A DNA stretch of 54,718 nt, the filler included, from Sphacelaria rigidula (lineage: Eukaryota): the NCBI GenBank assembly GCA_964200075.2. It is 4 parts of 4 records of this genome, joined end to end, with 100 filler letters (N's around TTAATTAATTAA, not from the genome) between each part and the next. Parts side by side here need not be neighbours in the genome. Positions count along the whole stretch, not along the records: positions 27,411 to 41,014 come from CAXNAA020002770.1; positions 41,115 to 54,718 come from CAXNAA020002771.1; 2 more parts are not named here. One strand, 5' to 3'. Made by a program: the position numbers and the translations under genes. Positions 36,601 through 48,140 of the stretch are shown here, piece after piece (the stretch's first letter is position 1; the number at the start of each line of letters is the position of its first letter). The notes beneath the pieces are model-generated. The model saw nothing but the letters and a program-made list of their open reading frames with translations. It was not told the DNA's origin and did no database searches.

Positions 36601-39600
36601 GCACACACACACGGGGAACGACCACGTACGATATGCGTTGGTTTGTACGGATGAGCAGACAGTAGCACTGCAATGATGTTTCTTGAACCGTTGAACGAGC
36701 TTCCAAATGTAAATCAGACCCAAACCGATGACATGGCGCCATCGCTCATGTCACAGAGCGCTACCTAGAGTCGTTGTAGGGGCAGCCGACCGTGCCGTTC
36801 AACCGTGGATACATCCCGCAACACTAAACAGTCCGAGGGTCGCGCGAATAATGGTCCATATTATAACTACATAAGTACTTGTTATTGAGTGCGATCGATT
36901 CGTACGGTACGAATCAATCCTTGGATCGTGTTTTCAGCGTTTCACCCCAGGCACGCGCACCCCAGGCACGCAGAATGAGCGCAAACGTTGCGTGCGAAAA
37001 GACTTTTTATACGCCGTCAACCTTTACTTCTGTCTTCCAAGCAATCAGCCCTCAGAATTGTAATTTTGGTGATTCAAACCAGCCATGATTTGCCCTTCCC
37101 TTGGAACCAGTCTGGGTAAACGCACGACTCGGGATCTCAACCACAGACCCATCGATCAGGCAAGACGGCATATACGTTTCAGAGAACGAGGAACTGCCCA
37201 CAATCAAACGATAACCAGATTCATCACAAACGTTCCCGTGCAGAATTCCGATATATCTGATACTTCCCCGAAGACATGAACCGCTGGCATAACACCATAA
37301 TCCAATGGGCGGGGTGGTCTACGCCGAAGCATAAGAAGAGATATGGTCCACAACGATGATGAAAGCAATGCGGGCTTTTGTTATCTGGTAATATATACTG
37401 TGGTTTGTTCTCATCCCCTTTCCACCATAAAAAAAAATCGAAAACTCGCCACTCGAAAATAGTGCACATACGCCCGAGGTGACCCCGATTTCGGAATTCG
37501 TAAACCCCGTTAACCATCGGAAGAACTCGAGCACGAAGCGCTGCACTGTATGTCCTGTGAGCTTTGGCAGTGACTGCTGCGGCCAAGACTTCGATTTCCT
37601 CCCCCCAGAGCTCCGTTGAGACAGGGACACATGAAAAAATATCCGACTTTCCTGGCGTTCATGACGCCACTCACAAAGTTGACGGCATTCTCACTGCATA
37701 TGCATCATTACAGTGGATCGCTACACAGGTTTATGCAGCTGAAGGTCGGTCACGCGATCGGTAGCATAGATATACCAAGTGCGATGTGAACAGCCGCCCA
37801 TTGCTTCAACGGTGAAACTCGTTTTCAGGTGTTGAACACGAAATCAAGATTCGAATTGGCTCTCCTGTTCAGTCTGAATATGTACATTTCATCATGCCAC
37901 GCATCTGAAAGCCGAATCAAAGCCAAACCAAAGCTCGCGAACTGCAAACATCCGCACGCTCACAACCCTTACCCCCATGCATCACACGTCTCCTGTCCTG
38001 GAACACTGAAATACGGCGTGAATCGTCATCTTTGAAGGTCCATGCTCACATCCTGGTTCTGCGGCGATTGACCTAATTCTCCACCAACTTTCGAAGCTAG
38101 CAAACTGTCACATCTGTGAAGGTCAATGCGAACTGACACGCGCAAAAACACGATACTTCACCCACTTGAAAGTTGACAGTTTTTCAGCTCTCTCTCTCTC
38201 TTCTCCCTGACCTCATTTTCTCAGACTCTCTGAAGCGTTCAAACGCTGTTTACCTACATCCCACACTAACAGCCGATTGCCACCATCCCCGCCATTTGGT
38301 CTCCTTTCCGAGTTGAGCGCCACCCGGCACTGCATCAGTTACTGAAGCCCTCGACACAGCCCGCAAGTCTCCCAAGTGTGCCCCTACGCATTACATTAAT
38401 GTCCTACTACGCCATCGACCTCCCCACTGAATCGCCGCCGGCTGCATTCCGGCCGCCACCGAATGAGTCACTCCCTCAATTCTACCACAGTGAAGTACGT
38501 ACTCTCGAGATTCTCCACTGTGCTGCAATATTCCAAGGCAATCATCGCTTGCTCGCGCGGCCAAGAGTTCCCCTTCGTACCCGATCCATTCGGGGATAAA
38601 GGGCACTGGGGCCTAGGTTGGCGTGAACCTGCTTTCAATCCATCACAACATCCAAACCCCTTCTCCGTGTCCCCATAATCTGACCAATACCCGCGGCAAC
38701 GGTGACGTGCAGCCAGTTACGGGACAGTACTGCCGTCGACCGCTCATCAAATGACCCTGCGCCCCTTGGTCGCCTTCCGACTCGCTCGCCCGTGTACTCA
38801 GCTACAAGCCGCCTTTCATGAACACGAGATATCCTCGAGTCGACCCCGCATGCTTGCGGGTCCAACTCGCATCGCATGCCACTAGCTCCGTACTTACCCC
38901 TGCGGCAGCATGATCCATGTTAGCGGACGCCTAACGCTAGCCCCTCCCCCTTTGAGAGCACTCTGTCGGTCCATACTGACCTTGACTGCTCGTGACGAGG
39001 TACGCATCGTAGGCCTCTCGACTCAGACGTTTTTTCTTTAGTACTGAATTGCTGACAGGCTCCCGATGGCAGTCGAGACATTGCTTTGATTTTATTTATT
39101 TATTTCATTTCTCGCACTTTGAACCCCGCCCCCCCTCCTCGGGCCGAGTCCGTGGTCTCACGGGATCATCTCATCCCTCCCCGGTACACGCCTTGCATTT
39201 CGGTCTAGCGGATCGGGTCAGCACTTCCGCGCCGCGTCAACTCACGTCAAACAAACTCAGTCAACTATTTTGCTTACTCATGTTCTCACGCTTTCCATGG
39301 TGGACATCAGACACTACGAAAAAAAAAAAACGCATCGGGAATCGCACCCTCGTTCTCTCCACCCTGATGGCGACAGTCGAACCACTACACCACCGTGTCA
39401 CCATGTCTCGATGACCAAAAACATGCTAAATAATTCACCAGCTCGGCCGGTAGCTCGCCTTTGCTCAGTGCAGGGTCTATGCACATGCCCTCACCAACCT
39501 CGCCACGCCGCGCCACGCCCGTAGTGTTATTACAACTTCCAAACCTAGCTGTAAGTCGTCAAAGCCGGCGGTACAACTCCGATCTACGCGAGAACGTCTG

Positions 39601-40662
39601 ATTCGCGAAAGAAACCGTCGTATCCTTCCGGCCCCAACTCGCCCTTGCCAACAGCGTGAGAGGCAAGTAGCAAGAAATCCGACGGACAACCAATGACGTT
39701 GGTAATCCCTGCCATGTGGGCGGTCGCGTGGGACTATTTGCGCTCCAATTCGACTTAGCCGAGCAGTCGCGTAAGTTCTGCATTCTGCGGGGCCCGGGTG
39801 CGGCCACACACTCCAACAACTCCGTGTCATTACAGCTGTACTATCGCCCCTAAAGTACGCTGAGTCGGTTGCGTTCCCAGGCTTGCTCTTCATGGTTTGT
39901 GCCCTACTCATATGCTGTCAGTATTACCCCGACAAGGAAGGGTAAGCTAGAATCGATGGCGTTCCGTTCATCGCAGATCGCGTCCAACCGTATGCCCGTG
40001 CGCTCGTTCTAAAAGGACTACTGGGGGCAGATTGCGTTTGCTTGTCGCTCTGCAATTAACATGCTAGCTCGCTGCTCTGTGCTGACAGTTGCCCACGTTT
40101 TTCCACCATCAATGTGTTCTGATCATCGGGAATGTTTACAGGAGTCGATGAGCACCCACATCTTCAGTTTCAGTTTAGATGCGTCAGAATTAACCGACAG
40201 TTGTAAGCCCATCTTACTCACAACCAACCAGCGGATTCACGGTCTCGTGATGCGCGTCATCTTCGTGGTCACCGCTCTTCCCTCTAATAGCATAGGTCGC
40301 ATAGGTTCTCGCGGGAACGCGAAATGTTCGGGCTGAAGCCTTGCCCAATTCGAGAGCTACCACGACAGACGTCTGTGCTCACGCAGGTACTACTGTACAC
40401 GGGAACCAAGAGCGATACGCATGAAGACAGCACAAACTTAGAGCAACAGTAGCAGCAGAAACAACAACAACGACGACAACGACGACGACATATAGGGTAC
40501 AGTGTCGATACCATCGCACAACGTACCTCCGATGTCCTTCCGTCTGCCGCTGTTTCCATTGCCGCCGTTCAGCCCTGCCACCAACGTAGCAAAAACTTCC
40601 TCAAGGAGCAAGGCGCGGAATATATCACGATATTGCTCTATGCTCTGGAACCGCCGTGGTAC
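27637..40662 (-). CDS. Senataxin/Sen1-like (UPF1-like SF1B) helicase, internal part; exons 40662-40527, (39548-39495), (38801-38741), 36330-36181, 35710-35539, 34721-34536, 34058-33640, (33180-33147?), ~32627-31691, 31413-31226, 30599-30471, 27772-27637
   Basis: VPRRFQSIEQYRDIFRALLLEE (Sen1 stalk helix), NEDVLLLS, LNTCTREFVAL, Q-motif FNPSQLRAV, Walker A LLQGPPGTGKTRT, motif Ia VLVCAPSNGAVDEL, RVLRVG and RRSLLNNAQ just before motif Ib. Phases are continuous; bracketed exons are less certain. Confidence 0.88.
28720..29215 (+). repeat. Dispersed ~100-bp direct repeat (~28725-28830 and ~29090-29190)
   Basis: ggctgtgcacgaagggcaatttcgcctttcaacggcgagta vs ggctgtgcacaaagggcaaattcgcctttcaacagcgagta; catgaactttgg / catgaacttcgg also recurs. 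Confidence 0.75.
29915..30152. mobile_element. Small inverted-repeat element (MITE-like)
   Basis: Perfect 17-bp IR TGCCGAGATAGCCCCCC at 29915-29931 and 30136-30152, plus an inner aaaaagtgc / gcacttttt pair. Confidence 0.65.
36027..36145 (+). repeat. Two diverged ~45-bp direct copies
   Basis: ggaacgtgagttactttctcatctcaacaacaagagcat vs ggaaacgtgagctgttttcccatctcaacaccaagatcat. Confidence 0.65.
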
Positions 40663-41014
40663 CTAGTAAATATGACGGGGCAAAAACCACAGGAAGGGCA
40701 TGAAGCAGTTTGAAGTAATCAACTCGGACACTTCCCCCGATACCCCCCCCCTCCCAAACCAGCTCCAAATTGTCACGGAAAAAAACGGTTATACAGCGCC
40801 TGATGTTTGGGTTCAGGCTGCGTGAAGCGCCTCATATGGGCGGCATTGGCGAAAACAAATCCAAGCGTGGGAATTTCCAGCTGCTCGTTGTGCTCGGCGT
40901 TTTCCATTCCGATTTACTTGTAGATTTTTTGCCTCCCCAAACCAGCCACTTTATAGGGGATGTACTCATGATCATGCATGCCATAGTCATACGACCCCTG
41001 ACCTTGCATCCCTA

Positions 41015-41114
41015 NNNNNNNNNNNNNNNNNNNNNNNNNNNNNNNNNNNNNNNNNNNNTTAATTAATTAANNNNNNNNNNNNNNNNNNNNNNNNNNNNNN
41101 NNNNNNNNNNNNNN
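41015..41114. other. Artificial contig linker (N44-TTAATTAATTAA-N44)
   Basis: Same 100-nt cassette; the following piece starts with poly-G runs. Confidence 0.97.
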
Positions 41115-41634
41115 AAGAGAGGGGGGGGGGGGGGCGAGGGTGGTGGCCTCAAACCAAGGGGAAAAAACACAGGGGCGGGGGGGGGGGGGGGGGGGGGGGG
41201 GATGATGGGTTGACCTCCTGAGGTCATGGACTTGCCCCGAGGAAGGAAGGAGAGAGGTACAAAGTGTGACAGAAAAAAAGTCACGGCAAAATGCCTACAT
41301 GGAGTCAGGCGTACAAGCGCCCACGGGAACTTACGTAACCCTGCCAACCTACCGTAGGTGTGGAGCGAACGAGTGGGTATATCATCTCATCTGTTTCTCA
41401 AGAATGCGATCGCAAATAGATGCTGCGTACAGTACAGTCTACGGCGGAAGCCTTCATCCCCCCACCCCGGCTTTGTAGGGATGCGAGGTCAATGGTCTGA
41501 TGGCTATGGCACGCATGATCATGAGTACACTCCGCCAGCAACCCCGGCTTTCGCACGCCCTTCTACCCCCGTCACGCCGCCTCCAAACCGATCCGCCTCA
41601 AGGTACTGCAAACGCCATACTGCAAAAACGTTAC

Positions 41635-41868
41635 CTGCGCCGGAGGGATTTCTGCACCGTGAACAGCCGCTCATCCTCGGCATCGTGGTCGGCAGCGAAC
41701 GCGATGATGGGTTTCCCATCGCTGAAAATTAACGGCAATATTCTCTTGAGGTTCCCTTTCTCGCCAGACGCCATCACGCGAGGGTGCATAGCGACCTCGG
41801 ACAGGAGCACTGCATGCGGCATGAGATCTACAAGCGTTCCCACCACCGAGAGCGCAAGGGCCAGGTAC
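41635..41868 (-). CDS. Internal exon of an unidentified protein gene (further candidate exons ~42130-43160 unresolved)
   Basis: TAG acceptor, AG|GTAACG donor and a 234-nt phase 2-2 open frame YLALALSVVGTLVDLMPHAVLLSEVAMHPRVMASGEKGNLKRILPLIFSDGKPIIAFAADHDAEDERLFTVQKSLRR. Confidence 0.6.
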
Positions 41869-41936
41869 CTACACAAGTAACCCACAACAGCAAACGGGGC
41901 TTGACTCAGTTGGGAGCGGAGGGTAATATTGGGCAG

Positions 41937-42043
41937 GGCGGGGGGGGGGGGGGGGGGGTTGGGGGGTTTTGGGGGGCGTGGGGGTTCCGCTTGTTACCCG
42001 GAGGAGGGGGGGGANNNNNNNNNNCACACGAAGAGCACGGGGG

Positions 42044-42110
<67 letters not shown>
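41937..42110. repeat. Poly-G low-complexity tract with a 10-N gap (42015-42024)
   Basis: Long G runs flank the Ns; likely unreliable sequence. Confidence 0.9.
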
Positions 42111-45100
42111 AGATTCGGGCGTTTTGCGAGCCTTGGCGATCTCGCTGTTCAACCGAAGTCAGTGGGAGAAAGCATGATGAGCGTCGTTCGGGTACATTAG
42201 CCCAGATCGCTTCAAAAGGGCGCACGTGAGAGCCGAGTCTCACTCTCATGGTGCCGTGGGCGTCTCTCGAGTGCATGTTCGATCTCGACGCTGTCTTCCT
42301 GGTGGAGATCTGGTGGGCTTCTGTTTAGTATTTTGTTTAGCAGAGACTGACTGACTCACGGGATACACGAGTCAACGCTTGACTTTTCTTCTTCTCTGAG
42401 AGGCCTACACCACGAACTGACGGCGTTCAACGTGACATGCGCTACAGTAGCAAAGTTCACCACAGGTGATAAAACGGCGAGAGGCACACCGGAACGGAAC
42501 GCGCGTGAACGAACTTCAAGTATCGACAGCCGAGTGCCACGGGTTACGGAGCAAGTCAATGGGGAGTAGAATTCATGGCATTTCGTCGAGAGTCGGTATG
42601 CGGAATGTTGTACCAGTGACTGGGGTACGCAAATGGCGTTCATGTACATGTGCACTTCTGCACTCGACTTGAAATTGCAGCATGCCTTGCTCTACGCTAT
42701 CAACCCCTTGATCGCAAAAGGAGGTCCCCTGTTGTCCACCTGGAATCATCTCGCAGTCCGCAACATACATTGCTGTTGTCTATCGTACTCGCGGTCAGAC
42801 AAAGCTCAGAAAGACGCGATGCAGTGTATTCCGACTATCGAGTACTGCTCCGAAGGGGACGGACGGCGACCTTCTCGACGGCAAAAAAGCGGACAAAAAA
42901 TAAACCCAACGGTACACCTTTAGTACACAGCGCAACGTGACTCACCACAAAGTCCTCAAGTAGCATCCTTCTACATCACTGGGAGCAATCACGTCCGTTT
43001 CCGGCCACAGCACCGAGAGAAGGCACACGTTGCTCACCACGTTGGTGAAGGGGAGTATCTCCGAGAAAAGCACCGGAAGGAAGCTCATGTTTGAGCCCTC
43101 CGAATGGGAGCGAGTATCGTAACCACAGACTCCCCGTGTTGCCGTTCACACTGGAACCTAACCTGCGTTGGGTACATGGTGTCGTCGGAGCAAATGTTGG
43201 AACGAATAGTGTTTGGTGAACGCAACTACTGGAAAAAGTATCGAAGCGGAAGCGAGCCCTCTCTAGAAAAGGTATACATCGGCCCTCCCTGGCGCGAACA
43301 TCCAGCTGCGGCCCCTCTACAGCCTGACTACAAACAGGTACAGGACCACTGCAGATGGAAAATTGTTCGTTGGTCGGAAGAAATAGTGCCGATTCATATC
43401 AACAAGCCCAGTGAATCGACCAACTTAGAAGTTCAGAAGAATCAATTTGACCCACGAAAAAATTCGAGTGCAACGCCGAGTTTCATGATGTCAACAACAG
43501 ACATCAAGGTCGAAGGCGGCCATCGGTGGTGCTGGGGAGGAGAGACATTCTCAAAGTGAAAATTGCGGCAAGCCTACCCCTGTCGACTGAAGTACGTCCC
43601 CAATAGAAGCATACTGTAGTCTACGTCAAGGGGTTTACAGCGAGTAGTGCGCCCCCTCGTGGTGCATGGGTTAATGTCGAGAGTCTCGCGGTATCCCATC
43701 CCATCCGCTGAAAACCACTTCCTCCCAACGAAAGTTTCCAAGCGTCCGAATAACTTAGACGTGCCAGCCTGCGAGGTCATCGTTCCTCTGATATTGGCAC
43801 CGTTTGTCCCTTAGTTCTGTGATTGACGCGGAAAGACGATGTCACTGGGTGCATCCGGTCAATGTCGCTTCTGCAGTTGTTTTCATGTCGGATTATGTCG
43901 CTCGACAAGCGAGGGCAAATGATCGAAAGCATGGAAAGCGCTCCAGACCGGGGGTGAATAAAATCCACGCTGCCGCCAATAGTACGGTTTTTTTCTCAGT
44001 CATTTTTGGCGATAATTTTGGTTTCTTGTGCCACGTGCTGAGCGACAACTTTCCACCACATAGCTGGCATCAGGCTGCAGGAAGCAGAGGACGCAAGATA
44101 CGGTGCAATGAAGAGGACGAAACACCCCAACCAAATACCAAGACATTGTGCCGGACGCTGAAAAAGCGCTCCCCCTGGTTGCTTTCCATGCATTGGGGAG
44201 CTTCTAATTGCCTGTGCGGGTGGGTTGGTGGAAGAGGCGGTTGTCGTGACAAGACGAAGAGGTCGATAGAATGGAAAACCGGAATTAGAAACACCTCGTA
44301 TCCGCCTGAAACGCCGAGAACTGTGTGTCCATATTTCGTTGTGCCGGAAGATGTTCGTCTTGGAGTGTTCAGGGTGCGGCAAAACTGCTGTGGGAGTGTC
44401 GCGGTGCGAGGAATTGTCCGAGATGAAGCCGCGAAATTGTATTTCCGAAAGAACACACCAGGCTGGTCGTTCGTGATTGGCAAAAAAAAAACTCGCAAAG
44501 AATCGACTTCTTGGATGCACAATGATCGCGTTGCTGGTGGTTCGGTTAGGGGCGCACGCCTGCTGTGTGAGGCACATCAAGTCCTCGGGCCGTTCGTATC
44601 CGACTAAAACAGGACGGGAGGGTCGTCTAGAAAAGGTGATCGAAAAAAACCCACGAGATTCTGTATACCTCTAGAACTTCCGTATGGCGAGGGCACGGGG
44701 TATATTGGAGGAGAAGCTCCGTGTTGCGCATGGGCCCTACGGTGTGAGAGATCGCTTTTTTTCGCGTTTTCCTTTTCAGGTACAGGCGGAGCATATTTCC
44801 CCAGTTGCCACGCCGAAATCATTCGACGGAAAACGCTTTTTTTGGAGCGATTTCCAATTCGCCACATCTGGTCCGAAATACTTCCTTTCATGACCGGGAA
44901 TCGCGAAGATATACTCTTGCTAGTCTGAACCTCAGGGCCATCCTAGAGGCAATCTTGGAGGAATCAAACCCGCGTCTTTTCTCACCTAATTGCGTCAGTT
45001 TTACCGTACTACGAGATGTACTAGATTTCAGTGTGACGCAAAGAACTACTTGATTCCGGTACGAACTTGAATATACCTGATTCTAGCCTTATGATTGAAG

Positions 45101-46809
45101 GAAGATAGTATTGTACACATCGCAAGGCACAAAAACATGAGCAGGTTGGGCTGCCGGCTGTACAAAAAAAATCGCTGCACCAACGGCGAAACCCACCAAT
45201 TGAGGTTAGTGGCCCTACTGGGCACGACTATCGTATGGCATTTCACTGCAAGGCTGCCTTGTGTCTGTACAGTCTTTCGCGAAAATAAACTCTATAGACG
45301 GGTGGGCCAGCGTAAAAGCTGCTAAAACTTGCTCAAACCACAGCTTCCCTAGGTTCCCGAATGAACCCGATGTAAGCATATCACTGTGAAGTGTAGACCA
45401 ACCTGGTAACACACGGCACCGCCGCTGAATGAAAAAATGAGAATGAAAAAAAATTACTGAATAATGTATGACCTTAGCGGCGGACGAAAGATAAAGAGAC
45501 TCCGTCGGGATTGGAATTCACCATCTCCATAATTGGAGTCTCCCATCACTTGATTTTTACGGGTGCAGCAGAGTCACGGAAAATGTTGAACGCACGGCCC
45601 AATTCAACGACTCTTGAGCTGAAATTTCAGGAAGACCTTATGCACCCAAGGAACTGATACTTGACGTGTCGAGCTGCTGATTCTCCTTTTTTTCCTGGAC
45701 TTGCGGCATCATGTTGTTTTTGCTGAAATTTCAAATGCCCATAACTTTTTATTTCTTGTTAGCTGGTCCCGTGATCTTCTGCATTTCGATCATGAAAAAC
45801 TGATATCCAAATTTCAGCGTCCAACTCCTAGTGTCGCACCGGCGTCGCCTGAGCGAGATTCACACCTGCTCTTGGCTGGCCCAGCTCGTACAGATATACC
45901 GTAATGCCCGCCTTGTATTTGTGACTACCCGCACTTTGCCCGCATTCAGAAACCATTGCATTTTTGTATGGAAACTTTGCTTGAAAATTTCTCAACCGTG
46001 AGCGAAGGCACCACCATGAAACTTGATGCACTAGTTGGACACAACACACGCCGCTTTTGCACCAAGTTTCAGCTCCTGTCGGCCAACGAGGAAATCAAGC
46101 AAAGCGAATACCGATGTACAGTCGATAGGCCCTCAAAATGGCCACCTCGCAGCCCACATCCCGTGTACCGCGAGTGAATGCATATGTGGATATGATCTCG
46201 GTACAGTGCTGGCAAACGAACGTAGATCAGTACTGGCACAACCTGTGGATAATGACGATATCTAGATACGTCGCTCTTGTATCGACTGTAGAGATGCTCA
46301 GGGGAGTAGGCACGGTCGTGCGCGCGCTATCGTCGCTGCTATGCGCTGAAACTTCGGTAACACGTCACGTAGACCACGATCAACAAGCTCATGCGTCTAC
46401 ATCTGGGGTTGGGCGTTACAGCAGTGCGCGAGGGGATGAAAAAAGCTCCAACTCTGTTCAGAAACATTTGTTTTTTTCGCGCAAGACTGACCGTTACCTG
46501 TTCTCGGTCACCTCTGTTGAAGTCAGTGCTTCGCCTAGGACCAACAGGGAAGAAATGGTACATTCGCGTTCACAGCGGAGTGTCGACCACTTGAGTACTG
46601 TGTCGGAAGTTTATCACCACACACGGTATCGGTCATGTTCAAACGAGGCGCACATATAGGTTTGTTCGGAAATTGGGGGCCGGTGAGGGATCGGCGGTGG
46701 GTCGTGTTGGCTCGCGTCTTCGTGTGACTGCCATTTGGGCAACAGCCCTATCCATCCTGGCATACGAAACAACCACGGGGATCTTAGGTTATGTACGGCA
46801 CAGAGCGTA

Positions 46810-47020
46810 CCACCGGTACTTACCGCGGTATCCCATACCGTGATATGCGTGGGTATCGTGTGAATGAGTTTTGAAAATACCTGATTGAGCGGGTACGGTA
46901 GGTACTGGTCTCTCGAAATATCGTGGTGTCGGATATATCGTGGATATTACATTCGAAAATACCCGAATGGGTCGGTATCGGTAGGGTATGATATGTCCCA
47001 ATTACCAGTACCGGGTACCT
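46810..47020. repeat. GGTA/TACC-rich element, short copy with ~2 internal ~80-bp units
   Basis: Shares the unit ttgaaaatacc(t/c)gattgagcgggtacggtaggta...ctcgaaata and the ending ggtatcggtagggtatga.atgtcccaa.tacc.gtaccgggta with 47690-48140. Confidence 0.8.
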
Positions 47021-47689
47021 GCCTTTCCCTCTACATCGATTTCAAAACTGTCATCCGGCAGTGCGGAAAAGTGTTCCTGGGCGTGTCTTGGCATTTTTTT
47101 CGATCGAAAAAATGAGGCGGTGGAATTGATATTAGCCAAAATCGCTCATTCTTGTCGAGTTGGGTCCAAGACAATTTTCAAGCCTTTGCCAACAAAAAAT
47201 AAGCAAAGCATTCCCGACTACTGCAGTGTATTTATCCCTGAGCTCAACTCGTACTCGATGCTGCAGAGTTGCGGTGGTAGCTGAGTATGATTTGAATGGA
47301 GTTATCGTGGTACTGTGGTCGGGTGTTATCTGGCGTGGAAGTCTGTAAGATAGGCGTCAAGTGCCGCTTCGTGCCTTTTGACCGAACGTTTTCGATCGAA
47401 AAATGTTGGCTTTATTATTTGGTAGTTTTTCTCCGGGCGTCACTCATCACAAATTCGAGTTGAAGCCTTCCAAGAACAGAAATTCGGTGGATCTATCAGA
47501 TCAAGAAAAAAAAATCGAGCGCACTTCAGATTACATGACAGTGAGTTCATGCGAATTGATCTAAACACGAAAATCAGGGGGAACCGGGGTCTATCATACT
47601 CATGAAAACAAGACGTACCTGCTCCGGCAACTTCTGGCCTTTGCACAAGTTGGGACCAGCTGTCGCACCGTGGGGAGTGCATCGCGTCG

Positions 47690-48140
47690 GGTATTTACCG
47701 GGTATACCCCCCGTACACACCGGGGTATCCTGTACCGTGGTATGCGTGGGAATCGTCGGTATGAATTTTTTAGATACCCGATTGAGCGGATTCGGTAGGT
47801 ATTGAAATCTCGAAATACCGTGGTATCGTAAGTACTGTACGACATTTGAAAATGCCTGATTGGGCGGGTACGGTAGGTATAGGAATCTCGAAATACCGTG
47901 GTATCGTGGGTACCGTGGGTACGACTTTTGAAAATACCCGGTTGGGCGGGTATGGTGAGTATTGAAATCTCGAAATAACGTGCCATCATGGGTATCGTAG
48001 GTATGATCGAGCGGGTCCGGTAGGTCTCGACATCTTGAAATACCCTCGTATCGTGGATATCGTAGGTATGGCATTTGAAAATACCCGATTGGACCGGTAT
48101 CGGTAGGGTATGAAATGTCCCAAATACCGGTACCGGGTAT
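47690..48140. repeat. GGTA/TACC-rich element, long copy with ~5 tandem ~70-82-bp units
   Basis: Units start near 47768, 47845, 47927, 48004 and 48075. Confidence 0.85.

Noticed and set aside
9256..40662. Functional cluster of METTL26, LMF1 and the helicase
   Set aside because: The genes lie on separate concatenated pieces, so the adjacency is artificial.
41784..42276. Poly-Gly and poly-Pro ORFs
   Set aside because: They are translations of poly-G tracts spanning an N gap.
43804..44607. 267-aa ORF and overlapping antisense ORFs as a gene or transposase
   Set aside because: Non-ATG start, no recognisable motif and atypical composition; probably repeat-derived.
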